NCBI GenBank assembly: GCA_977862235.1 | Contig: OZ374557.1 | Span: 3,038,001 to 3,102,000 of the forward strand | Source of the DNA: Dudresnaya verticillata | Taxonomy: Eukaryota | Direction of reading: 5' to 3' | DNA: 64,000 nucleotides | In this document: positions 37,498 through 49,437 of the stretch, in pieces | Position numbering within the stretch: the stretch's first letter is position 1 | How the letters are laid out: each line of letters opens with the position of its first letter | The notes under the pieces: model-generated | The model's input: the letters and a program-made list of their open reading frames with translations, nothing else | Databases searched by the model: none | What the model was told of the DNA's origin: nothing | Program-made: the position numbers and the translations under genes

Positions 37498-38253
37498 TCA
37501 AAGGTAGATGAAAACTGAAGGGCAATCAGCAGCGGCCCGGGCCCGGGTTGCGACTCGGACCAGCTCCTCTATCGCAGCCTCGCGGTAGGAACGGCATGTA
37601 AGGGTGAGCCTCGCCTCTCGGGTGAGCATCGCCTCTCGGGTGAGCCTCGCCTCTGGGGTGTCGCTCGCAGTCGATACCCAGCTTATACGCACGTTCAACT
37701 TCCGTGTAACGGTCATCACGATAATATGCGTATCCTGAGCGGTCCGCGTTATGGCCGTTATTGTACGGCACTTCGTACTCGCGGCGGCCGCTGCCACCCC
37801 GTGTGGTATCATAGCTATGCATAGGAGGCCCGGGCCTCGGTTTCCATCGGTCGTATGATCGTAAGGGCCGCCACGAAACCTGCCAGCGTTATTGACTTGG
37901 TAGTTCCCGCGGTCGTATCCGTTATAGTTGTCGCGGTCGTACCCACAATAGTTGCCACGGTCGTGCACGAGGGAATGCCCTTGGTAGTTGCCACGGTCGG
38001 GCCCTTGATATTTGCCACTGTCGTACCCTTCATAGGTGCGACGGTCACGACCCTCATCATGGACATGTCGAGGGTGCATGAACGCATTACGCCCACCTTG
38101 AGCAGGCTCACGTGGGGCACACGGGTCGCGATACCCCGGGCTCGGAGCAGGAGGCCTTGCGGCAGGCCGGCAGAAGGGCCCTCCATCACCCACTCTCCCA
38201 ACGAACTGTGCTAAGTCATCTATCTCCGCACGCAGCGCTTCCATGGAAAACAT
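37498..38253 (-). CDS. CACTA cargo ORF with YDRGNYQG-like and GEAHPR repeats (frameshifted)
   Basis: Peptide repeats (Y/P/H)D(R/S)GNYQG about five times; 18-nt repeat at ~37595-37660. Confidence 0.5.
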   Translation of the reverse strand: MFSMEALRAEIDDLAQFVGRVGDGGPFCRPAARPPAPSPGYRDPCAPREPAQGGRNAFMHPRHVHDEGRDRRTYEGYDSGKYQGPDRGNYQGHSLVHDRGNYCGYDRDNYNGYDRGNYQVNNAGRFRGGPYDHTTDGNRGPGLLCIAMIPHGVAAAAASTKCRTITAITRTAQDTHIIVMTVTRKLNVRISWVSTASDTPEARLTREAMLTREARLTLTCRSYREAAIEELVRVATRARAAADCPSVFIYL

Positions 38254-38282
38254 AACCTCATTCAGGTTCGGCTTCGTGTGCG

Positions 38283-40481
38283 TTACTGTCTCGAAAAGCT
38301 TCTCGCCAGCCTCTCAACAGTAATGAAGTCATGCTGTATCCAACCCTGTAGCCTTATGTATGTTTCCAGGCCTGGAATCTCGGCCAAGTCTCTGAGGCCG
38401 ATGCGCAGTTGGAGCGGGGTGGAGGCGTGGATTTCCTGCCGACGGACGTGACGCACGCTGAGCTTGATATGATGGCACTTCGAGTCAAGCACGACCTTCC
38501 TCCCGGCCGGGGGGTTCCCAACAATGTTGCCAGTTCCGATAACACTGTTAACAAAGACGCTCCGTGTCAGACCTCCGAACGGTAACATCAACTCGTTCCG
38601 CTTCAACACTTCCATCGCATTTGCAGCTAACATCCGAGAAATGACAACATCACAGCCAATTCTGCTGCATGGAAAACCCTTCCCATTCATGCTAACAGTC
38701 TCAACATCTCCCACAACCTGCTTGATCGTGTGGGTGGTTTCCCTTTCCAAGATGAACGCGCGGCCGCCGGGAATCGCCTCATTATGCCAGGTAGCGGCCA
38801 GGAGACCAAGAAACGCAACCTTGAGGATCTCTTTCAAGCGCTCACATCTATCCATGTTACTGCCGTCAACCGTTTCCTGGCGATAGTACCACACAAAAGG
38901 GGGGAGGGGGACTGGAAAAGTTGTTGGTACCTTGAGGTTGGCCAACCACACAGGCGTCGCCGGGAAAACCTTCCTCATCTCCTGAAGCGTGTAGCGTGCA
39001 CATAGCACTTTGTCTCATACGCGTCAAAAGGCACGAGCAGACTACAGGATTCTCGGTCCCAAGTTTCATAGACAAACTCGGGTCTGTACCTGAATAAATT
39101 ACACCAACGGCCTAGAATGGGGTCACTGAACAGAGGGTGGTCTTTAGCACAGCGCAGCAGCAGCTCGTGCAAGTACACGTCCATCTCATCATTATAGTAA
39201 CACTCCATCTCACCCCGAGCGAATGTTCTGTCGACCTGCATCGTTTTCGGAAGTCCATACCATCGTCTCTCGGCAGTCATGAGAGACCATGCATCATTCG
39301 CTGATTGCTGATCCTGCTCGTAGAGGTTCAGATACCGCTTCGCGTCTGCTTTCATGCCGGTGATCTCCCGCTTGACAGAATGTGTGAACGAAATGACGTG
39401 GAGCACTTCAGCACTCCACGAATGCCTTGCGCTCAACCGGCGCTTATCAAACGCCGTCGCATCAAGATTGTCTCTCCATTCGGGAGGAGCGCCTCCCCGT
39501 CCTCCACGCGTCTGCATGCGTGACAGTTTCGCCCACGCGGAATTGAAGGTTGGAACAACAGCAACCTGAGCACCATGCGCGGCTGCACCATGCCCATGGG
39601 GACCATCCATTGCGCGTGACCATTCCATTCGCATTTCTCCTGGAGTGCGTTGAATAACGCGCATCGACTCGGCGAAAGTCAGGTACGGACAGGCGTTGCC
39701 TGCATCTGCAATAGCGTTCCTGGCTTATCATATATTCTCTACGTGCTGTCTGATTGCCTTCAGCAGAGGCCGCGGCCGCATCCTCGCCAGTAGACAAAGA
39801 GCGTTTGGGGGTTGGGTTCTTCTTCTTGACCACCGTACTCTTCGAGGCCGCCGGCTTGTCTGCGTCTGCTTCGGTCGGCGCGGCTTGACTCCGAACACCG
39901 GTAGCAGGGCCCTGCTTGGGAGGTGCCGTAACAGCGGGGGCAGAACCTCAAGATCTAGTCTTCGGCTTTGAACGGGTAGGCTTCGATATCGAGGCCCTCT
40001 TGTAAACCTTATTCTTGTCCAGAGCCCTAGTGGCAGACTTGGTAGCGGCGGACGCCGCCCTCGTCTTCGAACCCAACGGTCTCTTCCCGGTCTTGTCCGT
40101 AACTCCGGCTTTTCCCGGGTGTTTGCGCGTCGCCGAGCGCATCGCTCCAGGTGTTGGCGCCGCGGGAGCCGAGCTTGGCGCAGAGGTCGAGCGTTCGGGA
40201 ACTGGCCGGTTCTTCTCCACATCCTCGACCGGAGCGGTGCGCGCGGGCGCAGGCGCGGGCACAGGCATGGGAGCGGGCGCGGGAGCGGGCGAAGGCGCCG
40301 GTGCAGACGTGGGAGCGGGCGTGGGTGCGGGTGCAGGTGAGGCCGCGGGCGCGGCCGTGCTGCCGTCCGTAGACGACGTGCTCATGGTCACTTTGGCGCT
40401 TTCAGTACCCATCGGGAAACCCTGGAGATGGGAGGGTGTAGTCCATTGTGGTTGCGAGAGAAAGGGAGCGGTGGGACTCAT
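38283..40481 (-). pseudogene. CACTA cargo gene homologous to the Gypsy antisense accessory ORFs; Ala/Pro-rich N-terminus
   Basis: ORFs 39948-40481, 38975-39664 and 38283-39008; RKVFPATPVWLANLKVPTTFPVPLPPFVWY aligns without gaps to the E1/E3/E4 antisense ORFs. Confidence 0.65.
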
Positions 40482-41322
40482 TTTGCTCTGATATAACGTA
40501 TTTTGCAGGGCCCTGATGGCGACCGCAAATCGCCACTCGTGTCACCCGCGGCCGCGGGCGATTGCGCCGGCTCAATGCCGTACCAAATAATCGAACTGGG
40601 CTGGTATGAGAGATCTTGGGCCCTGCCTGCAGGCTCCAGGCCCGGTCAGGCCCAGTTTCCCTTTTTCCGGTAATTTTTTTGGAACAAACGGGCGGCAATG
40701 CGGCTCATAACAGAGCCCTGAGGCGGCATGCGCCGCTGTGCACCAGGCAGGCCTGCCTGCAGGCGTACCGGCACGACCAATCACATCTACCCTCTTGTCC
40801 TATGGCACACATAAGGCAAGGCTGTACGCAGGTGAAAAACGCCATTGGCTCCAAAGAGCTGAAAAGGCCGGATGAGGCCCGCAATAGGGCAAACTATGCG
40901 CAGTTTCCAGTACCGGACTGCCCAAATGCAAGTCTTTGGATTTCAAACAGGCGGTTGAGCTTGTTTTACTGCGGCCGCAGTTTTGGCACCAGACAATCTG
41001 CTACGCTACTACAGATTTCCGCGTCGCGACGCTCTTCTCGCACATGGAACGCACTCCATGGTGAGCAGTCTTCACCTCATCATCCGGTATCGCCATTAAC
41101 ACTTCGTCCTGAGAGTGCAGCGCGCTAGTGCTGGCAGGCTTGCAACCCAGAACGCTCTCCGTGATTCACCGTCTTCACATCATCCCCAGGGCCCGAGCTT
41201 TGCTTTTTGCCGTGCTGCTCGAAACCTGGACGCGCTCCAGGGTACGTCCTGGAGAATAAGTATCCTTTTTGGTCACCATCCCCACGCGCGGCCGCGTCGC
41301 GGTATTCGATTGAGTTTCGTTA

Positions 41323-44300
41323 ATGGATCAGCCGCATTGGAAAGCACAATATGGGCGTCGCAGAACTCATCAACATTCTTGGGTCGACTCTGTGGGAATG
41401 CGTGCCAATCTAACCCACCTATTCCAGTTCGAGAGATCCTACGACGCATCGGCAATTGCAACTGATGAAGGACCAGCCGGTCCCAGCCCGAGCCGTTTAC
41501 CCGGCTTCGAACCAGGGTCTCCTACCGTTGAGATTGCAAATGAAGACTCCGCATGCGCGCAAGACACCGCGTTCGTGAGTCCTTACCAGGAACGCCTGGG
41601 CCCAGCCGAAGGGCCATTCTCCACTGCGGTACAGCATAGACCTCTTCGAGCTTCGGATTCTCCCGGGAACCACATGGCGGGAGAAAGGGGTGATGATGAC
41701 TTCGGCATAGTCATACAAGGGCCCCGCAGCAAAAGAAACGCATTTTTTCGAGACGAGGTGCTCCCGCGAGGCTCCTGTAAGGGGCCCCTTCCTGGAGCCG
41801 GGCAAGAAAGTCCAGAATTCGATGAAGATCATGTGCCCCCGAGTTGCTTGATTCTTTCGATGAGATCATCGACCTGACAAATGGTGAATCTGTGAGGAGG
41901 TGGCAGCAAGATAGGTTATGTGACCCTGTTGCACAAATCGAAGGGCCGCAGCCCTTCGCTTACTTCGATTCGCGCAACAGGATGGACGCGTCCGGCCGGA
42001 CTTCCGTTGGTTCTGCGGTACGGGCGCCATTTTCTCCGCTGGATCTCGTGACGTTTCTGCACAAAAGAAGAACTCTGCAGAAATGGGAGGAGCTGTTCGC
42101 TCTCGTTTGTGTTTGTGGAAGCGTCCGAATGACTGTGCGTCAGTATGAAACTTTGCAGAGGCTGGGCAACTGGCTGGAGCGACTTCAAAGTCGCGAGGCC
42201 TCGCTACCTGTGTATTCTACCATCCAACGAACGATATTCCCGTTCGCAATCAAACATTGCTTCGTTGCGAGTTACAATGTTTCCATTGCTGTTACGAAGC
42301 AAGATCTGAAGAAGAGGGGAAGGGGGATCTCTTTCACTGCCGTTGAAGAAGAGTGTGGACACATGAGAGGGCGGAATAAGAGAGTGAGAGAGGCCGCTCC
42401 CTGACCTCCTGAACACGCTGCAAACCTTGAAGCAGACGAGAGGGCACGACGATTTGCTCCTGGCAAGATTATAATACCCTTGGAGTGGGCCAAGATGGAT
42501 GTGGCAACTTACCTTGTATTAAAAACTTGTTTCCTAACTTCAACACCGGCAACCCCTGGGCCCCGGAGTCTGACTGCAGCTACGCCCAGAGTCCTGCTGA
42601 CCTCGAATCCATCGAGATAACAAGAGCTGTGAGGCACCACCCAAATGGTTTAAACGCTTCTGAGATGTAGTTCGTTTCAAAAGGGGAGAACATCGTTAGA
42701 GTGACCACAGGAATAACAGTGGATGTTCATATTAAGCGAGTTGCGAGGCATGTTGTAACACATCCGCGTTCAGCACGTTCCTGTGCCTTGAGAGCAAACT
42801 ACACCGGGGCCCCGGGTGTTATCGTGACTGGACAAATTGCTGCCTGCTGGTGTGTCGCTTCCAGAACCTGCCCGACGGAACGTTCAAAGCGAGCAGTTGA
42901 GGAGGCAAAAGGTGTTGAGAAGTACATCATCAACCTGTTAAGCGCTGGTGCGAAAGTTGATTGTATCTACGGAGGCTGTAACGAAATCGCGAACGCTAAC
43001 CAGACAACGACTACAGACTTGCAAAGCACGGCCGTGCTTCCAGGGGACTTTTGATCGCTTTTCAGTATTCCTGAGCGACGCCGAGAAGGCTTCGTGGCCT
43101 GTATGCTGGTCAGCAGGTCCTGGCGATATCGGGATGGGGAGCCTTCGCAGCTCTTAATATGGATAGATGTGGACAACAGTTGGAGTTCAGGCGTTGATAT
43201 TTGCGGGGAGGGGTCGCCATTTCAAGTCCTGAAGGAAAGGACAACAGTTAAGGACTTTCACCTTGGCGTGTGTCGAGATGGAAGGGAGCGAGCACTCCGA
43301 AATGCCATTGATGAAGAAAACATGCCCATGGACTTCCTTTCTCGGCCGAGAAATATGGGGGTCCTTCATTCTGGAGAGAGCTATGTCGTATATCGCCTTT
43401 TGTTGTACTGTGATGACTTTCAACCCTGTACTTCTTTGCTCCCGCAAGGCTCTGCGGGTGGGTGCTACCTTCTCCCACTCGGTCTTTAACCGCGAAACCG
43501 TGCGAAGAGATCAGCTGTGCGGCTTTCGGGACTGACGACGCCCGGCGTGAGCACAAATGAGGTTCTGAGGGACATCGTACCAGACCTCGTGAAGGGATGT
43601 ACTGAAGGTTTCAAAGCGAAGAGCCCAAGCGGGGAGCATGTCAGGATCTTCCTTGACCCGGTCGGGTTCATTGCAGACTTCTCGGCGGCCGCCAAGTCTA
43701 CAGATGTTATTGGACACACTAGCAAGGCCTCTTGTACCCACTGCAACTTTCTATGCGTATTCAGTGATGTTTCAAGTAAGTTCGGCTATACTATGCAACT
43801 GCACTCCCAACATTCTTCAAGTGTTCGCTGCAAAGAACGACATAAGGCTTTGCGGGAGAGTGGAATTTGCGAGCACCAAGCACCACGTATGGGAATGTCG
43901 AATGTGTATGACGATAGTGGCATAAAACGGCTATTATACTTGTCTGAGGAGTTGGAGAGAGTCCGGCCGGACGTGTCTCTTAACGTCAATGGAGAACGTG
44001 TCGTGCCGTGCATCTTCGACCCGTACCTATCACAGGTCGTTGCCCCAGATCAATTACTCACCGGCTTGATCAAGAATACTCTCAAAACCTGGTTCCTTGC
44101 TTTGTCTCCAAAGTGTAAAACTATTGCTGATAGCATAATTTTCCAGAGACTTCGCGACAACGGGATGCTCACCCAGAATTCCGTCTTCGAGAGTACGTTA
44201 CAGTCCATGCAGCTTTCCGAACTGTACTGCGTTCTCCCTGTGTCTATTTATGCCTTTCGTATAACCCTGGGAAAGGCGACCGATGGTTACCGCTTGGCCA

Positions 44301-45565
44301 AGTGCCTGCAGGAACGCATTGCAGGAACATTCTGGTAGCCTCTTGCACATGTGGACGGAGAAAAAGCTGTGGAGACGTTTCGAAAGTCGGGTGGCCAGCC
44401 GTATCTGCGCCGCCTGAAGAATCTTGCGACGAAATATGTCAAGTTGTGCAACGAGTACATTGAGGCCAACGATCCTGGCGGCGATTTAGACAAGCCCAAT
44501 CTACATCGCCTCATGGAACTGTACTATCACACTATCCCAATGTTTGGGGATGCAAGACATGTCATGGAACTGGTATTCGAGGGTGCGCACTCACCTCTGA
44601 AAAGATGTGTGACAAGAAGTAGTCATCACAATGTGAATATATCCGCCGTGGAGCATGTCTTCGGAAACGACGGGTAGGGCAGGCTTGCCCTCCTTAGATA
44701 CACTTCGGAGCATGGAAAAAACTAAGAACGTATTATGGCGCGCAGAGGTCTCAGAAGGCTACTTCTCGGGCCCGAGATCTGATCCGTTAAGGAAGAGGAC
44801 CCCGAAGTCAGTACCGTTATTCAGGACTTGGACGACAAAATCGAAGGGGTGTTCGTGGAGCCGCTAGTGGAAGAACTAAGGGCAGATGGTAAGGTGAATC
44901 CTTCCTGGTCTAGTACGGAAGCGGAGTGGACAGGAACGACAGTTGCGAAAGAGCTGAAAGGTGTAGAGCGAGCTACAACAGCTGGAAATACGTGGGACGA
45001 TTTGCTTGACGAGGCTGTGTCGGCAATCGAGGAGAACTACCCAGACTTCGACAGGCGAAATGGAGCTCCCGCCCCAGCCTTCATCATGCGCGGAGCGAAG
45101 CGAGTTTGAACGAAGACGGGTGCGGGCCCGCAACGGGCTTATAGGCACGATACAGTTGCCCATGGGTCGGTATTAAGATGCCTTTTTTCGCCCGGGGATG
45201 AAAACAGAAAAGGCATTGTGCCAGAAAGTGATGGAAGTGGAAATGTGAAGCTGTTCGCAGTGGTATGCTGCCTTCAGTTTGGAGGGAATGGAAGAAATGT
45301 GTCCGATCGCGGGACTTGGGTAATCGTTGTTAAGTGCTTTAAGGCGGATGCGAGGATGCAGGTGAGCGCGGCCGCGCTATGTGAAAATGTTCATGTGGTG
45401 AAATTGACAAGGGGCATGAGGAGAGTCGCTGTGTACCACGACTGCGTGATTCAAGAGGACGGGTTGCATCTGGAATGCGAAGTCGATGAGGAACAAAGAA
45501 CTGTTAGGCATACGGAGCCAATGTTGAATGGAGGGTTGTACTTTTTCAGACGAGGGAGTAAGGGT
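41323..45565 (+). pseudogene. EnSpm/CACTA-type DDE transposase, multiple stops and frameshifts
   Basis: RLLLYCDDFQP (D1), GFIADF (D2), GHTSKASCTHC, APDQLLTG, LDKPNLHRL, FGDARHVMELVFEGAHSPLKR (E). Ends approximate. Confidence 0.8.
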
Positions 45566-46214
45566 ACCCTCCGCGCATGGCGTAGGCACAATCGCAAGCG
45601 TGCCAGCGCATGCTCCCGCGGGAAGCGTGGGCGCCTGATAGCGCTATTTTCAAGGGCGCAGAAGGAGATTGACACGTCGCGCACGGGCGCGCGCGACGCT
45701 CCCGGGCGTGTGGCCGAATGCCGGCCGGCGCGCCCGGCGTTCGGCCGCACGCCCGGGCGAGTGCCGTTACAAGACCGAGGAAACGGTCACTTTTACAGTT
45801 GTGTAGGTTCATATTCATGAAGTAAAGCATGTTTTCTGATATGTACGAAGTGGCTGTGTCATTAAGTGATGTAGGCCAGTGCATGCGTATAGATTCGATG
45901 GGCGCAAAATGTAAAGCGGAAATTGCGATGATACATGAAACATAATACTTGATGAAGTATGACATCGCGGTAAGGCCGCAGGTGTTGCAAGGCGCATGCG
46001 TAAATCTGCGGCGGTAATGAATCTGACTCAAAATTTTGACGCGCCAGAAATGAACTCTAATTATGGGGTATAACCTATTTCTAATGCATTCCAGAATCCC
46101 TTTGCAATTTCTGGCGCATGTTTTCAGACCCTGGCGCATCAAAATCCCTTGGGCCAAATCCATTATTTTTGCGATTTATTCTAATATGATCAAGCCGAAA
46201 TCGCCATCGTAGTG

Positions 46215-47083
46215 TGGTAGATGATACATACGGAAGGTGTCATACACCTCCCATAACCAAGCATACGCCCCGTTGGCGACCCACTTGGTGTAGAACACAA
46301 TCCAATATCTAGAACATGGGTCGGTCATCAGATCAGAACCAACATACGTGATACACGGGCGGAGCTCTGCTGCGAAACCTTCGCATATCTCGAATTCACG
46401 CCATACAGGCGGCACCTTCACAAAACAGTGAGGAAACTTACTACGCTCAATGCGGTCGACCTGCATGTCCTGGTAAGGTACGAATACGCCCTTTCGGCGA
46501 CGCATTTCGCACTCCCAAAGGATACAACGCTCCCAAAAGAACGTACCCGTACGATGCAGATAACGAAAATCCACTTTCAAGCGTACGCCTAACAGGTAAG
46601 CCTCTCCCAAAACGCGAGGCTCGATTGACACGCTCACATGTTTGGGCGATAGCGTCCCAAGACGACCACCATATTCGGCCTCGCCGGTTGTACGACATTG
46701 CCCGACGTCAAAATTGAAGAGGGACGGCGTTAACGTCGACCCGGAGTAGCGCGTGAAGCGCCGATAGACGCCTGAGACCAACTGCGCGTGGAAGTCCGCA
46801 TGCGATTGTCCCGATCGTACCCAAAGCCATTCCGGAGGAACGGCACAGCGCAAATTCCACTCTACTGCCCAGGCGACACCAAGGGGCAGGCCCCCTGGCA
46901 AGAATCCGCTAGTATCGTAATGAGCGACGAATTCCTCTTCGCGGAAAGCCTCCTGGTCGAAACAGGGGCCCGCGCGAAGAAATGCGCGTGATCGCGAGGA
47001 TTCTTCCGGACAAAGTCGACAGGCGACGCGTACACCGGCGCGGCCCAGGGCGCGGCCACCTGCCTACCATTGAATGTCGGCAT
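46215..47083 (-). pseudogene. E3 antisense accessory ORF, N-terminal part
   Basis: MPTFNGRQVAAP..., PGGLPLGVAWAVEWNLRC...YDTFRMYHLP; high similarity to E1 1577-2445. Confidence 0.9.
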
Positions 47084-47647
47084 AACGCCGAAGACGAAAA
47101 TCTGTTCGCGCCGCTGGCGATGATTGCGCAAACGTCAAAGACCACTAATGTCCTGCGCCAACCGGCGAAAGCTTCACGAAGCGCGCGTCGAAGACGATTA
47201 CTGTTCAAAGCCACAGGCGATTCAAACAACCCTGCGCCACTGGCGAACGTCTTACAAAACGTACGTCAATGACGTTCTGTTGCAACGCCCCAGGCGAGGA
47301 AAAGAAATCCGTGTCAACGACGTTCAGTTCCCACGCCACAGGGGATACACAAAGAGGGCAACGTCGCTGAAGATTGGTTCGCAACGCCAGCAGGCGAGGG
47401 AATCTGAACGGCGTCAACGACGTGGATCGTAATGCGCCACAGGCGATGATGGCGGGGCAGCGCAGGTGCAGTAGCACGGGCAACGCGCGCAACAAGAGCG
47501 GAGTTCTTACGGCACAGCCGAGGTCGCAACGCACACGCGGGCGCACCAATAAAAGATGCGAAGGCGCAAGAGCAGGCAAGGACGAAGCGGGAGTGCGCAC
47601 GACAGCAGGTTGAGGGTCGGACGTGTTCGCGTTTTGGAGGGGGGTCG

Positions 47648-48538
47648 TGTGGTGCAAGGGGGTGAGTCCCTTTTTCCGCTCGGAGCGTACCATAAGACGT
47701 CTACCGACGGGCATCGCAACCGCCGCTGGCGCGCGAACACGTCACGGACGGCCGGCTCAACGGCGTACGGACGCCACAACCGCCGCCGGGCATGGCGGCT
47801 CACGGACTGTACGCCCGCGCGGCACGCATCCAGATCGCCCATCGGGATCCGGGAGGTGTAAGGCGGGTACCTGTAATGATGGCCCAGATCCAGATGGGAT
47901 CTGGATCGGACATCGGGATCAGATCGGGATCCGCTACAATGTAAGGCGTGCGCCTGTAAGGCACGCTCACGCGCCAGCAATGCTGGCAGGGATCGGGATC
48001 CGAATCCGGATCACCTCTACCAACGCTCGCGCACGCTTGTAAGCTATTCCTTACCCGCGCGCACGCTTGTAAGCTATTCCTCACCCGCAGGTTCGCGGCT
48101 GCATAGCGACGACGACTTGTCAGACGCACCGGGGCGCGACACGCGTCCCGCGTTCCCGCGCGCCACGCCGCGCCGCCGCAGCCCGCGTCGTAGCGATAGT
48201 ATATTCGGTAACCCGTCTGAGACGTTGAGTAAATCCCGGTAAGCCGGCCGCGGACCTGAAGCCCCTTCGCTAATGCGTATTACCCGTCACCAACGAAGGC
48301 AACTGCGCAGCTCCACCCGCCCTTCCGCGTCCGTCTATATCCTTGACGTGTCTTTCCCCCTTTCTCTCTCTCCTTCTCTCTCTCCTTTCTGTGGCTGTGT
48401 TCCACTTTTACCGCCCAGGGCGTTTACAGTCCGCCCACGGCGTGTTACCTACGCTCTACCACACCCTCGTTACTAGCGCGCTACCACCGGGTCCGAACTG
48501 CCCGGAGTTGCTACTCGTCCTAGACGGATTGCACCTCA
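47648..48538 (+). repeat. E3 3' LTR
   Basis: TGTGGTGCAA...TTGCACCTCA preceded by PPT GGAGGGGGG. Confidence 0.9.
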
Positions 48539-48541
48539 GAT

Positions 48542-49294
48542 TGTAGTGCAAAACGTCTAGGACGGAAACACTGTCCAGGCCGTTCGTAGCCCGGCCGGTA
48601 GCTCGCCTCTGGCGGATGAGTGATGAGGGCGGTAGACGGGGGTAGAGTCTGGTAACACGCCAAGGGCGGACTGTAAACGCCCGAGGCGGTAGAAATGGAA
48701 ATGGGGAAACACACGTCCACAACGGAGTGGATATCCACTCATATGAGTGCGTGGTAGTCCAGCACGTAGCCCACGCTAGCAGCGGCGATATCAGCTCTTG
48801 AGCGCTGGGGGTGAGGAACCACCGAGCTTCTCGGAGGGAAACAAAAGGGGATACACGTCAAAGACGGATATTGACGCGGAAGCGCGATCTTCGCAACGCG
48901 TAGCCAACGTGGGTAGCGGCAGTGACGCTATCGAGCGAGGGGGCGAAGTGTGAAGGCAGACCGCCTTGCCGGGGTCTACTCCAACGTCTCAGACGCGTTA
49001 CCTAATATACTACCAATACGATGCGGGCGGCGGCGACGTGGCGCGGTGCGCGGGAACTCAGGACGCGCGTCACGCCACCGCCCGTCTGACACGTCGCCGT
49101 AGTCGTGCAGCCGCGTACCCGCGGGCAAGGAGTACCTTACAGACTTGCGCGCGCGTAGCGGGTAGCTTACAGGCGCGTGCGCGCAGCGGTGTGGGTGATC
49201 CGGATTCGGATCCCGGTGTCCGATCCAGATCCAATACGGATCTGGGCTACGCTTACAGATCAGAGCGAAAAGGGGGCCACCCCCTTGCACCGCA
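48542..49294 (-). repeat. Orphan LTR of the E1/E2/E3 group, no TSD
   Basis: TGTAGTGCAA...TTGCACCGCA; shares GGGCGGACTGTAAACGCCCGAGGCGG and GATCC arrays with E1 LTRs. Confidence 0.85.
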
Positions 49295-49437
49295 CGAGCG
49301 GGTTCGCACCCAAACTCACGTCTTGAACGCCGTTGGTGGTGTAACGCCGAGGGCGTAGAGCTCCGTCCGAGACGTTGTAACGACGCCTCGGGCGATATTG
49401 AAGTCTGCACTATACAGATCCCTTGCGGAATAATGAG

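Larger units (their letters stand above)
31295..46214 (+). mobile_element. CACTA/EnSpm (CMC superfamily) DNA transposon, 14.9 kb, both ends intact
   Basis: TIRs CACTACGAAGGCGATTT / CACTACGATGGCGATTT (17 bp, 1 mismatch). 2-bp TSD TG, confirmed against the empty homologous site in E1. AT-rich subterminal regions share ATCCATTATTTTT. Internal transposase. Confidence 0.92.
28368..48538 (+). mobile_element. Gypsy element E3 remnant (3' region, antisense ORF, PPT, 3' LTR), split by the CACTA insertion
   Basis: 46215-47647 and 30612-31294 are the reverse-complement homolog of E1 1066-~3135; PPT at 47633-47647; gag-pol absent. Assignment of 28368-30289 to E3 is by position only. Confidence 0.75.

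Noticed and set aside
40015..40491. Plus-strand Gly/Ala-rich ORF
   Set aside because: Shadow of the minus-strand Ala/Pro hexamer repeat.
48537..48541. CAGAT left of the orphan LTR equals the CAGAT right of LTR-B (13110-13114)
   Set aside because: The LTRs belong to clearly different subfamilies and the order is reversed for a TSD pair; treated as coincidence.
49340..49437. Alternative E4 LTR start at TGTAACGCC (49340/59951)
   Set aside because: No inverted-repeat match to the right end and no TSD; TGTGGTGAAG at 49438 gives a 10-bp inverted repeat and matching flanks.
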